From a virus: a DNA stretch of 58,548 bases. Under the pieces are notes generated by a model that searched no databases, was not told the origin of the DNA, and saw only the letters and a program-made list of their open reading frames with translations. This document shows positions 36,838 to 45,860 of the stretch, in pieces (positions within the stretch are counted from its first letter, which is position 1; the number at the start of each line of letters is the position of its first letter). Made by a program: the position numbers and the translations under genes. Location: the IMG/VR virus record IMGVR_UViG_3300010392_000784; one strand, written 5' to 3'.

Positions 36838-37416
36838 TCAAACAGGTGTGCATTCGCCTTCGTCTTTCTGGCAAAGGGCGCCTTCGGTAGACAGCGCCCA
36901 ATCGCCCTGACGCTCCATGAATTCTCGCATGCTGGCGCGTGTGTAGCGTTTCGACCAGAACGCAGCGCTGTTTGAATTGGTGAGCCATGTGCCAAAAGTC
37001 TCCCAGCCCTCCCACCACGCCGCGCGGTCAGGCAGATCGCGCGTGAACGCTGCGATATTGGCCTCGGATTTGAGAAAGCAGCCGTCGCAGTTTCCAAGCC
37101 AGCAATTGCCTCGGATGTTAGGGAGTCGGAGATCAAACGGCTGCGCCTGCCAGAATCGCGCCACGTCGGAACGACCAATGCCGGCGTCGGCCAGTGGGTG
37201 CCAGACAACCGGCACATTCCAGCGCGATCCAACTTCGTGGACAAAATCAAGTGTTTCATCCATTTCTCGGCCGGTGTTTTGAAAAGTAACGGCGCACCGA
37301 TCGGGGAGACCTCCATTGGTGTCAAGAATCCGCCGCAGCATGTATCCGCTGGTCCGGCCCCCGGAAAAAGCAATCTGCACCGGGTCATCTGGTAGCAGGA
37401 ACGCATCGGCCTTCAT
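36838..37416 (-). CDS. PAPS-reductase / PP-loop ATPase-like protein (192 aa)
   Basis: PP-loop-like IAFSGGRTSGYML; Cys cluster CWLGNCDGCF. Confidence 0.55.
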   Translation of the reverse strand: MKADAFLLPDDPVQIAFSGGRTSGYMLRRILDTNGGLPDRCAVTFQNTGREMDETLDFVHEVGSRWNVPVVWHPLADAGIGRSDVARFWQAQPFDLRLPNIRGNCWLGNCDGCFLKSEANIAAFTRDLPDRAAWWEGWETFGTWLTNSNSAAFWSKRYTRASMREFMERQGDWALSTEGALCQKDEGECTPV

Positions 37417-37934
37417 GGTTTGATTCCTCGTTCAAACAGGGGGGAAAGGTGTTCGGTGAAAAAGCTGGTGCGCTCGGCGCGGTCGTAGACCCTCAGCATG
37501 CAGTGCCAGACGCCGACGCCATCGGCCTCGTGCTCTTCCTCGACAAGAATGCCGAGAAGCCGGGCCATGGCGATCATCTTGTCTTTCGACGCATGGTGGT
37601 CGCCGGCGAACGTTTTTTTGACGGTGACCGGCGAAAACGACGCGTAGGTGATCCCGCCGATCTCGTGGCAAAGACGCTCGGTCTCGGCCGCGAGGCCGCA
37701 CAGAACCATGGTCGTGTGAAGGGAATTGCGCGGGTGCAGGATCGGGGACTCGTACCCGACATAGCAGCCGGGGGAGAGAAGCGGCCGAAGGTAAGAGCCA
37801 TACTGGCTGAGCAGCGCGCCGTAGTCGCCCTTGCAGGGCCTCAATTTGAACTGGCCGAAAGCCGGCTGGGCACCCGGTTCCCCGGACGCCCAGCCGGTCG
37901 TCAGGCCCGTATCGAGGCCGACTATTCGCGGCAT
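37413..37934 (-). CDS. RuvC-like Holliday junction resolvase
   Basis: IVGLDTGLTTG, GYESP, EEEHEADGVGVWHC acidic catalytic contexts. Confidence 0.65.
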   Translation of the reverse strand: MPRIVGLDTGLTTGWASGEPGAQPAFGQFKLRPCKGDYGALLSQYGSYLRPLLSPGCYVGYESPILHPRNSLHTTMVLCGLAAETERLCHEIGGITYASFSPVTVKKTFAGDHHASKDKMIAMARLLGILVEEEHEADGVGVWHCMLRVYDRAERTSFFTEHLSPLFERGIKP

Positions 37935-38344
37935 CAGGCGGCGTCTTCCTGCTTGCCGGCCTCGAAGTCCTGGTCGCGCAGGTCGAGCTCGAGCTGCTGG
38001 ACCTGGCTGCGGTGGTCATCGGAGAGCTTGGAAAGGCTCGCCTGCTTCTTGCGCTGGCGGTGCCGGTCCGAGAGGACAAACTTGAGCACCTTCTTGGTGA
38101 CGCCCTTCTCGGCCGCTGCATCGTAGAGATCGCCGATCTTGTCGGCATACGGGGCGCGCTTGGCCTTGTATTCCTCGTTGATCTCGTCGATGAAGCCCTG
38201 CTGCTCCTCGATCAGCGCCGCATATTCGCAGGCTGCTTCGAAGTTGAAGGGCGTCGCCTTGGCGCCCTCGGCCGGTTTGTTGTTCTTGTTGGCCGGCGCG
38301 GCGTCCTTGACGTCTTCGCCGGTCAGGTTCGATACCTTCGCCAT
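37934..38344 (-). CDS. Hypothetical protein (136 aa), possibly DUF2312/GapR-like
   Basis: Internal ATG of track ORF 37934..38623; ...GFIDEINEEYKAKRAPYADKIGDLYDAAAEKGVTKKVLKFVL... loosely fits the GapR pattern. Confidence 0.4.
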   Translation of the reverse strand: MAKVSNLTGEDVKDAAPANKNNKPAEGAKATPFNFEAACEYAALIEEQQGFIDEINEEYKAKRAPYADKIGDLYDAAAEKGVTKKVLKFVLSDRHRQRKKQASLSKLSDDHRSQVQQLELDLRDQDFEAGKQEDAA

Positions 38345-38567
38345 GGGGGAGGTCCTTTCGTGTTGGCGTGGTGGTCGCAGTCTACTCGGCGCCGGCCCGG
38401 TCGGGCTGGCGGGAGTTCGGGGGGATGTGGGGGCGCGGGCCTTGCCGGGCCGGTGCGCAGCTTTCCAGCGAGTTTGGAGACAAGACGGGAAGCGCGGCAT
38501 CCGGCCCGGCGGGTCGCGAAGGGGCTCCGGTCGATGGAACGGAGAACACGACGCCGGAAAAATCGCA

Positions 38568-38867
38568 TCAGGCCGCACCCTTGTCAACGCGTTCCTGCTC
38601 GCGATCGTACAGTTCCAGTTCATCGTGCGCCGTGGTGTTGCCTTTCAGCGCGGCCTGCGCGGCGGCAAGTTCCTGTCTGGAAACGCCGGCCATCTTGCAG
38701 ACCATGTCCCAGAACCGGTAAGGCACGCCGCGGCGCGAGGACCACGCCGAGATTGCCTTCTCGCTGAGCCCGGTTTCTCGCTGCAGGATCTTGGTGTGCT
38801 TCTCCTCCCTGGTCCCGCAGAGGACCATGATTTGAAGGATCGTGTATTCTTTTTCAGGCGTCGGCAT
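38568..38867 (-). CDS. Cro/YdaS-like helix-turn-helix regulator (99 aa)
   Basis: First gene of the leftward arm; TKILQRETGLSEKAISAWSSRRGVP HTH-like segment. Confidence 0.55.
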   Translation of the reverse strand: MPTPEKEYTILQIMVLCGTREEKHTKILQRETGLSEKAISAWSSRRGVPYRFWDMVCKMAGVSRQELAAAQAALKGNTTAHDELELYDREQERVDKGAA

Positions 38868-38905
38868 GGGGTGGGCTCTCCGGTCGGGCGGTGACGGTTT
38901 CGAGC

Positions 38906-38934
38906 AGAATCGCATTTTCCTCTTTACACGTCAA
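38906..38934 (-). promoter_or_regulatory. Leftward sigma70-like promoter (TTGACG-N17-GATTCT)
   Basis: The -35 lies within the conserved 15-mer ACAGAAAAGTTGACG (38929-38943, minus strand). Confidence 0.45.
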
Positions 38935-38951
38935 CTTTTCTGTCCCATGAT
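38923..38951 (+). promoter_or_regulatory. Rightward sigma70-like promoter (TTTACA-N17-CATGAT)
   Basis: Its -35 abuts the leftward -35 back-to-back, and its spacer covers the leftward -35 and the 15-mer; 30 nt upstream of ATG 38982. Confidence 0.45.
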
Positions 38952-38981
38952 TTGCGCATTGGAGATGAGACGGAGAAAATC

Positions 38982-39836
38982 ATGAAAAATCTCTACAACA
39001 AAGAGGGGGGTGTTTTCGCTCTCGACCATGAACACGAAGGCGTCGCCTACGTCAGGCCGATGGCGAAGGTTGTCGGCTGTGACGACGAAGGCAACGTGTA
39101 CGACGACGGTGACTATGAGCCGGCAGAATATCTTGTCGCGATAGACCGGGGCGAACTGTTCGACGCGCCTCCTGTGGAAGCGGTGAACGAAGATATTGCT
39201 GCAAAGAAAGAGGAGCTTGATGCTCTGAAGGCAAGCGAGACGAAGATGGTCCGCGAGATGAACGCCAAGCGCACCGCCGCCGAGCGAGAACTGAAAGCAT
39301 CCGAGCGCCAACTTGCCGAGTGGATGAAGACACACCGCGTCATGATCGACCTGGGCAAACTTCTGGATGGCGAAATCCTTTACCCGCTGTTGGTGCGGGA
39401 AAACCCATATCACCACAGCCGGAGCATACCGTACATTCCGGAGATGAGAAATATTCGTTACCTCACGGTTCATGATGGAAATTTTGAGACGGGGCAGCCG
39501 TGGGCCAGCAAGAAATACGCAGGCGACCCATACAGCGGTTCATTCCAGTTTTTCGATACCGAGGATGAACGATCCGCAGTTATCCGCGAGGAATTCGACG
39601 CCGCCTGCCAAGCGTTCCGCGAGAAGCCGAACTTCGACACGACAAGCCACACGACGTCCACCACGCTGCACTACGGCACGCTGATGGAATGGGTGGAAAC
39701 GCACCCCGCACTGGCGATCCCGGCGGATATCGAGGCCATGAAAGCCAAGCACGACGCCGAGATGATCGAGAAGAAAAAAGCCAAGCTTGCCGCCGAACTG
39801 GCCGAGATGGAAAACCGAAGCGAACAGGGGGGATAG
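38982..39836 (+). CDS. Hypothetical early protein (284 aa; the track gives TTG 38952)
   Basis: ACGGAGAAAATC RBS before ATG 38982. Confidence 0.6.
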   Translation: MKNLYNKEGGVFALDHEHEGVAYVRPMAKVVGCDDEGNVYDDGDYEPAEYLVAIDRGELFDAPPVEAVNEDIAAKKEELDALKASETKMVREMNAKRTAAERELKASERQLAEWMKTHRVMIDLGKLLDGEILYPLLVRENPYHHSRSIPYIPEMRNIRYLTVHDGNFETGQPWASKKYAGDPYSGSFQFFDTEDERSAVIREEFDAACQAFREKPNFDTTSHTTSTTLHYGTLMEWVETHPALAIPADIEAMKAKHDAEMIEKKKAKLAAELAEMENRSEQGG

Positions 39837-39932
39837 AGCCATCCCGCACCGACTGAGAACGTCTGTCGGCGGGCGCGGTTCATGGCTGGACCGCGTCCGC
39901 ACCATTCCCGCACAGAAAAGGGGTTCGGAAAA

Positions 39933-40985
39933 ATGAGCTACGAATACTGGAAGAAGGCACTGATCGTCGGCGATGGCCGCCAACTCACCCGAGACGAAGC
40001 GAAACAACTCGGCATAACGCACGAGCCGAAGGCCGGCTTCTACCGGAAGCGCGAGAAGGGCGGGCCTGACACCCCGGTCGCGATATGGAGCGCCGGTGGC
40101 GAGATGAAGGCGGTCGCCGGCGGGCGCCCGGTCGACGCCGAAGAAATCTGGACTTGGTGCGCGACGTGGCCGATCGCCGAAGACACCTATCGCGGCGTTG
40201 CCGAGCGCGGCGAGCCGTGGCCCGACGATCTCCCGGTGGCGCCCGGCCACAACCAGCCGCCGACCGGCGATCCCCACGAAGACCTTCTGCGGGAATTCGA
40301 GGGCGAGAAGGAAATGGCCGAGGAATTTCTAAAAAACTCGGTCAAGACCCAGGACGAGGCCGACCGCGCCGCGATCTGGGCGAAGCGCCTCACCGCCATC
40401 GCCAATTCCGCCGCTGCCTTCCACAAGGCCGAGAAGCAGCCGCACCTCGACGCCGGCCGCGCGGTCGACGACAAGTGGCGCGATCTCAAGGAAGAGCCGA
40501 AGGAACTCGCCACCAGCTTGAAGCGCTCTCTTGACGATTTCCTCAAGGCCCAGGCGCGCGCCGAGGAAGAGCGCCGCCGCAAGGCCGAGGCCGAAGCCGA
40601 AGAGAAGCGCCGCGCCGCCGCGCTGGCCGCCGCAAAGGCCGCCGAGGAAGCGGCAAAGGCCAGCGAGGTCGAGTCCGCCAAGCCCGACCCCGAAGCCGAG
40701 AAGGCCGCCCAGGCAGCGGCGGAGGCCGCCGAGCGTGCCGCCGAAGAAGCCGCCGCCGCCGAGGCCGAAGCCAAGGAGAAGACGGTCACCGCCGGCCGCA
40801 CCGGCGCCAAGGCATCGCTGCGCACTTTTGTCTCGGCGAGGATCGTCGACTACGACAAGGCCGTCGTGGCTCTGAAGGAGCATCCTGAAATGCGGAAGCT
40901 GGTAGAGCAGTTGGCCAATCGCGCCGTCAAGGCTGGCGTGGCGGTCGATGGCGTCGAGCGCGTCGAAGAGAAGAGGGCGGTCTGA
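39933..40985 (+). CDS. Hypothetical protein (350 aa) with a long A/E/K coiled-coil, upstream of RecT
   Basis: Internal ATG of track ORF 39882..40985; G/C-ending codons. Confidence 0.55.
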   Translation: MSYEYWKKALIVGDGRQLTRDEAKQLGITHEPKAGFYRKREKGGPDTPVAIWSAGGEMKAVAGGRPVDAEEIWTWCATWPIAEDTYRGVAERGEPWPDDLPVAPGHNQPPTGDPHEDLLREFEGEKEMAEEFLKNSVKTQDEADRAAIWAKRLTAIANSAAAFHKAEKQPHLDAGRAVDDKWRDLKEEPKELATSLKRSLDDFLKAQARAEEERRRKAEAEAEEKRRAAALAAAKAAEEAAKASEVESAKPDPEAEKAAQAAAEAAERAAEEAAAAEAEAKEKTVTAGRTGAKASLRTFVSARIVDYDKAVVALKEHPEMRKLVEQLANRAVKAGVAVDGVERVEEKRAV

Positions 40986-40987
40986 TC

Positions 40988-42103
40988 ATGTCCAACAAGA
41001 ATGTTCCGGCCCTGAACGCTGGCGGCAGCGTCGCCGCCATCGTGCCGCAATCCGTCGAGGAAATGTTTCGCATTGGCCAGATGGTGATGAAAGCGGGCCT
41101 CGCTCCCTATGCGTTGATCGCGAAGAAAACCGGAGAAGACGCAGTCAGCGCCATTTGCACGGCCATCATGGCCGGCGCCGAACTCGGGTTGCCGCCGATG
41201 GTTTCCCTTCGCTCGTTCACGGTCATCGGCGGGCGCCCGGCGCTCTACGGCGATGGCCTGATCAATGTCGTGCGGCGATCGCGCAAAGCGGCCTATATCC
41301 GAATGGGTTACCACGCGGAAAAGGGGGTCGGCTGGTGCGAGGCGAAGCGCGCCGATACTGGCGAGGAAGCCCGTGCCGAGTTTTCCATCGACGACGCCCG
41401 GCGCGCGGGCTTGTGGGACGAGCGCGAGACAGTCCGCCGCAAGGGGCGTGACGGCAACTGGGGTGACCTCCCGAACGAATCTCCTTGGCACCGCTACCCA
41501 CAACGGATGCTTCAATGGCGCGCCGCCGGCTACTGCCTTCGCGAATTGTTCGCCGACGTGCTCGGCGGCATCACCGACGAATACGAGGCTCGGGAGATAG
41601 CCCGCGCCGAGGATCCCGCCGAGCCCCCCATGCGCGATATCACCCCGCCCAGCCCCCCAAGCCCCGACGACGACTCGCCGAAGGCCGCGGATCCTCCCCC
41701 GCAGCCCGAAGCGAAGGAGGCGGCGCGTTCTACCGAGCCCGAACCCGCGAACGCGCCGCCTCGGCCCACACAGGAGCCCGAGGAGAGGGCTGAAGCCTCT
41801 CCGCCGACACCGGAGGACGCGGAGATCGTTCCGCCTGCCACAGAGGCTCCTGACGCGCCGGGGGAGGACGAGATCAGGGAGCCGGATATCGACGAACTGC
41901 TCGATCCGACCAGCGAGTTCTTCTCCATCGACGCCTACAAGGAGGCGACCGAGGCGAAATTCGGAGCGTGTCAGGATCTCGACGCGCTGGGCGAGGCCTT
42001 CGACTACGTGGTCGAGGAACTGTTCGAATATGCCCCGGACGGCGTCCGGCGCCAGTTGCAGGACATGTACGTGCGGCACGAGAAGCGGATCAAGACGGGG
42101 TAG
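40988..42103 (+). CDS. recT: RecT-family single-strand annealing protein with an acidic/Pro-rich tail
   Basis: AIMAGAELGLPPMVSLRSFTVIGGRPALYGDGL... resembles the RecT core (recollection). Confidence 0.6.
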   Translation: MSNKNVPALNAGGSVAAIVPQSVEEMFRIGQMVMKAGLAPYALIAKKTGEDAVSAICTAIMAGAELGLPPMVSLRSFTVIGGRPALYGDGLINVVRRSRKAAYIRMGYHAEKGVGWCEAKRADTGEEARAEFSIDDARRAGLWDERETVRRKGRDGNWGDLPNESPWHRYPQRMLQWRAAGYCLRELFADVLGGITDEYEAREIARAEDPAEPPMRDITPPSPPSPDDDSPKAADPPPQPEAKEAARSTEPEPANAPPRPTQEPEERAEASPPTPEDAEIVPPATEAPDAPGEDEIREPDIDELLDPTSEFFSIDAYKEATEAKFGACQDLDALGEAFDYVVEELFEYAPDGVRRQLQDMYVRHEKRIKTG

Positions 42104-42114
42104 GGAGACAGATC

Positions 42115-42591
42115 ATGGACGACAAGAAGATCATCACGGGCCAACTTCAACCGCCGCACTCCGGGTGGTTCGCATATCGCGTCGGAGAGAATGAACGGCC
42201 AGAGGCCGGCGTTGGTCAGACGGAGGCGGAGGCCATCGCGAACCTGCCTGGGGCACCCGATAACAGCATGGCCGACGAGCATCAGAATCCGATTGACGCT
42301 CTCATGGAGTATTCCATGAAACACGCAATTGCGGCCGGGCTTCCCGATATCCCGGCTACCAGAGAGCAAGCGCGATTGGAAATCCTTGATATGTTCTATG
42401 TGCTCGAAGAGGCTGGCTACCGGATAGTGAAGGTCGGCGAAATAGGCACGGGAAGGCAGCGCAGGGTGATGCGCGCCGCGTGCCGGTCTGGCAATCTCGA
42501 TATGATGGACGAAGCGTACATCGCCGCCATCGCCGCTGCCCCGACATGGGGAGACGAGGATGCCACATCGAACCCCGAGCAGCCCGAATGA
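42115..42591 (+). CDS. Hypothetical protein (158 aa)
   Basis: GGGAGA RBS; internal ATG of track ORF 41968..42591. Confidence 0.55.
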   Translation: MDDKKIITGQLQPPHSGWFAYRVGENERPEAGVGQTEAEAIANLPGAPDNSMADEHQNPIDALMEYSMKHAIAAGLPDIPATREQARLEILDMFYVLEEAGYRIVKVGEIGTGRQRRVMRAACRSGNLDMMDEAYIAAIAAAPTWGDEDATSNPEQPE

Positions 42592-43130
42592 AATCCATCC
42601 TCGCCATCTATGTCGGTGCTGGCAAGTTCGAATCTCGCGGGCCGGCCGACATGGAAACGGCCGACCGCAACTTCAGGATCGGCCAGACGGTCAAGCTCAA
42701 CATCACCCGGCCGCGCTCGTCGAAGCAGCTCAACTACTTCTTCGCGTGGCTCAAGGAGGTGTTTGAGAACCTGCCGGAGACCCTGCCCGACGACGCGCCG
42801 CCGCGGTTCAAGGACACCGAGCACCTGCGTGCCTGGCTGATCTACAAGGCCGGCCGGGCCGATGTTTGGTCCTATCCTCGCGACCAAGTCAACCGGCAGG
42901 CGATCAACATGATGCGCCGCGTCGCCCGGGGTCACCTGTTCTTCGAGGTCACCGAGACGACGGTCTGGGTTTTCGAGCCCCAATCCATCGCGATCGAGAA
43001 CATGGGCCACGAGGAATTCACCGAACTGTTCGACAAGATCAAGGAGCTGGCGATCTATCTGATCCCGGGCCTCGATCTTGAAAAGCTCGACGCGCATGTG
43101 CGCAAGGAGCACACGGAGAGGAGCCGATGA
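42588..43130 (+). CDS. Hypothetical protein (180 aa), possibly NinB/DUF1367-like
   Basis: ATGA overlap; RSSKQLNYFFAWLKEVF loosely parallels NinB RSLDQNRKLWACL. Confidence 0.35.
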   Translation: MKSILAIYVGAGKFESRGPADMETADRNFRIGQTVKLNITRPRSSKQLNYFFAWLKEVFENLPETLPDDAPPRFKDTEHLRAWLIYKAGRADVWSYPRDQVNRQAINMMRRVARGHLFFEVTETTVWVFEPQSIAIENMGHEEFTELFDKIKELAIYLIPGLDLEKLDAHVRKEHTERSR

Positions 43131-43606
43131 CCGAGGCGTCTTGCCTGCATTGCGACGGTGCCTGCCGACTGACGGACGGCAAAGAGGTCTACCCGCACCG
43201 CGGCGACCTGTGGTCCAAGCCGTTCTGGGTCTGCGATCCCTGCGGCGCCCGGGTCGGGTGCCACCCAGGCACGACCGATCCTCTCGGCCATGCAGCCAAC
43301 GCAGAAACGCGCCGCGCCCGGTCAATGCTTCACGACCGGATGCTGGACCCGATCTGGAAAACAGCGGACCGCCTCTACCAGATCGACAGCCGACAAGAGC
43401 GCAAGAAGGTCCTGCGCGTCGCCCGGCGTCGGACATACGCCTTTCTCGCCGAGAAGATGGGCCTGACCACAGACGAAACGCACACCGGCATGTTCACGGT
43501 CGAGCAATGCCGCGAGGCGTGGGCCGCGTTGAAAGGCCAGACCGCCGCCAGTATCCGCGCATGGGCGAAGGCCCGGCAGGATTCGACAAACGCAAACGAC
43601 CCCTAA
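43127..43606 (+). CDS. Zinc-finger protein, DUF3268-like (159 aa)
   Basis: CLHCDGACRL...VYPHRGDLWSKPFWVCDPCGARVGCH. Confidence 0.5.
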   Translation: MTEASCLHCDGACRLTDGKEVYPHRGDLWSKPFWVCDPCGARVGCHPGTTDPLGHAANAETRRARSMLHDRMLDPIWKTADRLYQIDSRQERKKVLRVARRRTYAFLAEKMGLTTDETHTGMFTVEQCREAWAALKGQTAASIRAWAKARQDSTNANDP

Positions 43607-43624
43607 CCAACCAAGGAGACTGAA

Positions 43625-43843
43625 ATGCCCCGTATCACCATGGCGCAGCACGCCGAACTGAAAACGAAGAACCTGCAGTTGGAGGAGACCATCAAGTCGC
43701 TGATGAAGGATATATCCTACCGCGACGGCTTGATCGTCTCCCTGCAGGACGATTTCGACGCCGCCATCCGCAAGGTCACCGCCTACAAGGGCCAGGTGAC
43801 CCGGCTCAAGCGCCGTGTGGCCGAATTGGAAGGGAAATCCTGA
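43625..43843 (+). CDS. Small coiled-coil protein (72 aa)
   Basis: AAGGAGA RBS; heptad composition. Confidence 0.6.
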   Translation: MPRITMAQHAELKTKNLQLEETIKSLMKDISYRDGLIVSLQDDFDAAIRKVTAYKGQVTRLKRRVAELEGKS

Positions 43844-44460
43844 TGGGCAAGATCGCTCTCATTTTCGACGTCGAGACAGACGGCCTCCCGCAATGGGACC
43901 AACCGGCCGACGCCGACGGCCAACCGCGCCTGTGTTCGATCGCCGCGGCGCTGGTCAACGACAGAGGCCTCGAATACGAGCGCTTCACCTCGCTGATCAA
44001 GCCGGAAGGCTGGGAATTCGACGACGACTGCGAGGCGGCCAAGATCAACGGCCTGACTTCGGCCCAGCTCCACGAGGAAGGCCGGCCGGTCCTCGACGTG
44101 CTCGAGCAGTTCGACGCCATGGTCGACAAGTGCGGCTTCATCGCGGCGTTCTCGATCCGCTTCGACCAGAAGATGATCCGCGCCGAGCAGCGCCGCGCCG
44201 GCCGGCCCGACCGGTACGGCGAGCGCGACACCTTCGAGATCATGTACCCGGCCCGGAAACTGGCCTGCTCCACCGGCGGTGCCCACTCGAATCCGAGGAA
44301 ACTGACCGAGTGCTGGGAGAACATCTTCGGTGCCTCGCGGGAACACGAGCACGAAGCCGGGGCGGATCTGGACGCGACGATCGCCATCTACCGGCGCCTG
44401 CTTCTCGAAGGACAGGTCGAGCCCAAGCCGCAGGTGAGCAAGAAGGAGGGCGAGGCATGA
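43843..44460 (+). CDS. DnaQ-like DEDDh 3'-5' exonuclease (205 aa)
   Basis: LIFDVETDG (Exo I); FDQKMI (Exo II-like context); HEAGADLDAT (Exo III H-x4-D). Confidence 0.65.
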   Translation: MGKIALIFDVETDGLPQWDQPADADGQPRLCSIAAALVNDRGLEYERFTSLIKPEGWEFDDDCEAAKINGLTSAQLHEEGRPVLDVLEQFDAMVDKCGFIAAFSIRFDQKMIRAEQRRAGRPDRYGERDTFEIMYPARKLACSTGGAHSNPRKLTECWENIFGASREHEHEAGADLDATIAIYRRLLLEGQVEPKPQVSKKEGEA

Positions 44461-44846
44461 AGATTTTTGCTGGGCAATATTATCGGACGAGGGGCGGGCA
44501 AAAAGCTTTTGTGAATTGCATCTGCTTACCGGACCCATTCACAGGGAAAGCGATGGCCTATCCGGTCATAGGCTTCATCGATGGATTTGGAACGGCTAGA
44601 TGGGACGTGGAAGGGGCGTTTTCACATCAGCCGTGGAGGGATGACCATCGCGATATCGTCTCCGAATGGCGAGAGCCAGAGAAGGTGGTGCGGTGGGTGA
44701 ATCTGTATCGTGACGACGGCATGTTGTGGACAGGGCATCCTTGTGGCTCGCTCGAAGGCGCGAAATCGGAAGGGCAAGTACGAAGAAATTCCAAACTCAT
44801 CGCCCGCAAGCGCGTCGAGATCACCGAAAACGAGTTCGACGAGTGA
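44457..44846 (+). CDS. Hypothetical protein (129 aa)
   Basis: ATGA overlap; the 5' end is AT-richer than the genome. Confidence 0.55.
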   Translation: MKIFAGQYYRTRGGQKAFVNCICLPDPFTGKAMAYPVIGFIDGFGTARWDVEGAFSHQPWRDDHRDIVSEWREPEKVVRWVNLYRDDGMLWTGHPCGSLEGAKSEGQVRRNSKLIARKRVEITENEFDE

Positions 44847-45253
44847 CCGACGACACCCCCGCCCACCAGCGCCGCCGCAAGCCCAGCAAGGGAGACTGGA
44901 TAGCTGTCCTCCTGAAGCAGGCCCGGTGCCCGGACTGCGGCGAGGTGCTGGGGGACAAGGCAAACTGCGAGTTCGAGCATGATATCGGTCTCGCAGATCG
45001 CTGGGACGCGGAGCGCTGGGTGGGCGTCGAGCCGAACGACCCGCGCTTCGCCACCATCCGACACGTCGACTGCCACAAGGTCAAAACAGCGAAGGAAACC
45101 ACAGTGCGTTCGAAGACCAAGCGTATCGGCCGGAAGCATGCCGATCACCGGGAGAAGATGCGGAAGTTCGACCTTCCAGAACCGTCGGCGCCGCCGGCAA
45201 AGCGGTCGTGGCCGAAGCGGTCCTTCCCGAAGCGCCGGAAGCGGGCGCGTTAA
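44843..45253 (+). CDS. HNH endonuclease-like protein (136 aa)
   Basis: GTGA overlap; CPDCG...EFEHD...HVDCHKVKT. Confidence 0.5.
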   Translation: MTDDTPAHQRRRKPSKGDWIAVLLKQARCPDCGEVLGDKANCEFEHDIGLADRWDAERWVGVEPNDPRFATIRHVDCHKVKTAKETTVRSKTKRIGRKHADHREKMRKFDLPEPSAPPAKRSWPKRSFPKRRKRAR

Positions 45254-45336
45254 CTTTTGCCACCTCAAATGAGGTCGAAAAAATTAACGTGGTCCCGGTT
45301 TGTTCCACGTGAAACACCAGCAAGGAGACCAGACAA

Positions 45337-45648
45337 ATGAACCTTGGCAACCTCGAACAAGTCAAGAAACTCAAGGCAGACAGGGATACGATCCTTCAGC
45401 GGATCGACAATATTGAAAACCCCGTCGGCGCGAAGGAATCGGAAACGGCGGCGCACTTCTGGGCCCATCGGCTTTCCGCGAATGGACGGGCAAGAAACGA
45501 GGATAAGGTATCGGTCCCCATTCCGGCCGATATCTGGAAGCTTCTCCGTATGATGCTTCTCGCCCACTACCGCGACGAGGCGCTGCCCGAGATTGACGGC
45601 AAGCTTGCTGTGCTCGGCGTCGACGTGACGGAGATCGAGGAGCCATGA
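45337..45648 (+). CDS. Hypothetical protein (103 aa)
   Basis: AAGGAGA RBS. Confidence 0.6.
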   Translation: MNLGNLEQVKKLKADRDTILQRIDNIENPVGAKESETAAHFWAHRLSANGRARNEDKVSVPIPADIWKLLRMMLLAHYRDEALPEIDGKLAVLGVDVTEIEEP

Positions 45649-45860
45649 CCGACACCTTTACCGCCGAAGCCTGGCAGCGCGAGCAGCAAGGCAACGCGCA
45701 AAAGCGCTTCCATGATGAAATCCGAACCTGGGCGGGGTTCCGAGTATTCATGAAATCGGACGCGCAGATATCGGGCTGGTCTCCGACGCCGAGAGACATT
45801 CGCGCCAAGAGAGACGAGCTCGAGCGCATGTGGGGACAGGAGCCGGAGGGAGAGCGATGA
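45645..45860 (+). CDS. Hypothetical protein (71 aa)
   Basis: ATGA overlap. Confidence 0.55.
   Translation: MTDTFTAEAWQREQQGNAQKRFHDEIRTWAGFRVFMKSDAQISGWSPTPRDIRAKRDELERMWGQEPEGER

Noticed and set aside
36825-37406. N-terminal extension of the ParB-MT-A70 ORF in the track (35667..37406)
   Set aside because: It overlaps the PP-loop gene 36838..37416 out of frame. A strong GAGGAGA RBS precedes ATG 36824.
45262-45275. ACCTCAAATGAGGT as a bona fide member of the palindrome family
   Set aside because: Only the outer 6 nt of each arm match. A 14-bp hairpin of this kind could arise by chance, so I mention it only as a possible half-relic.
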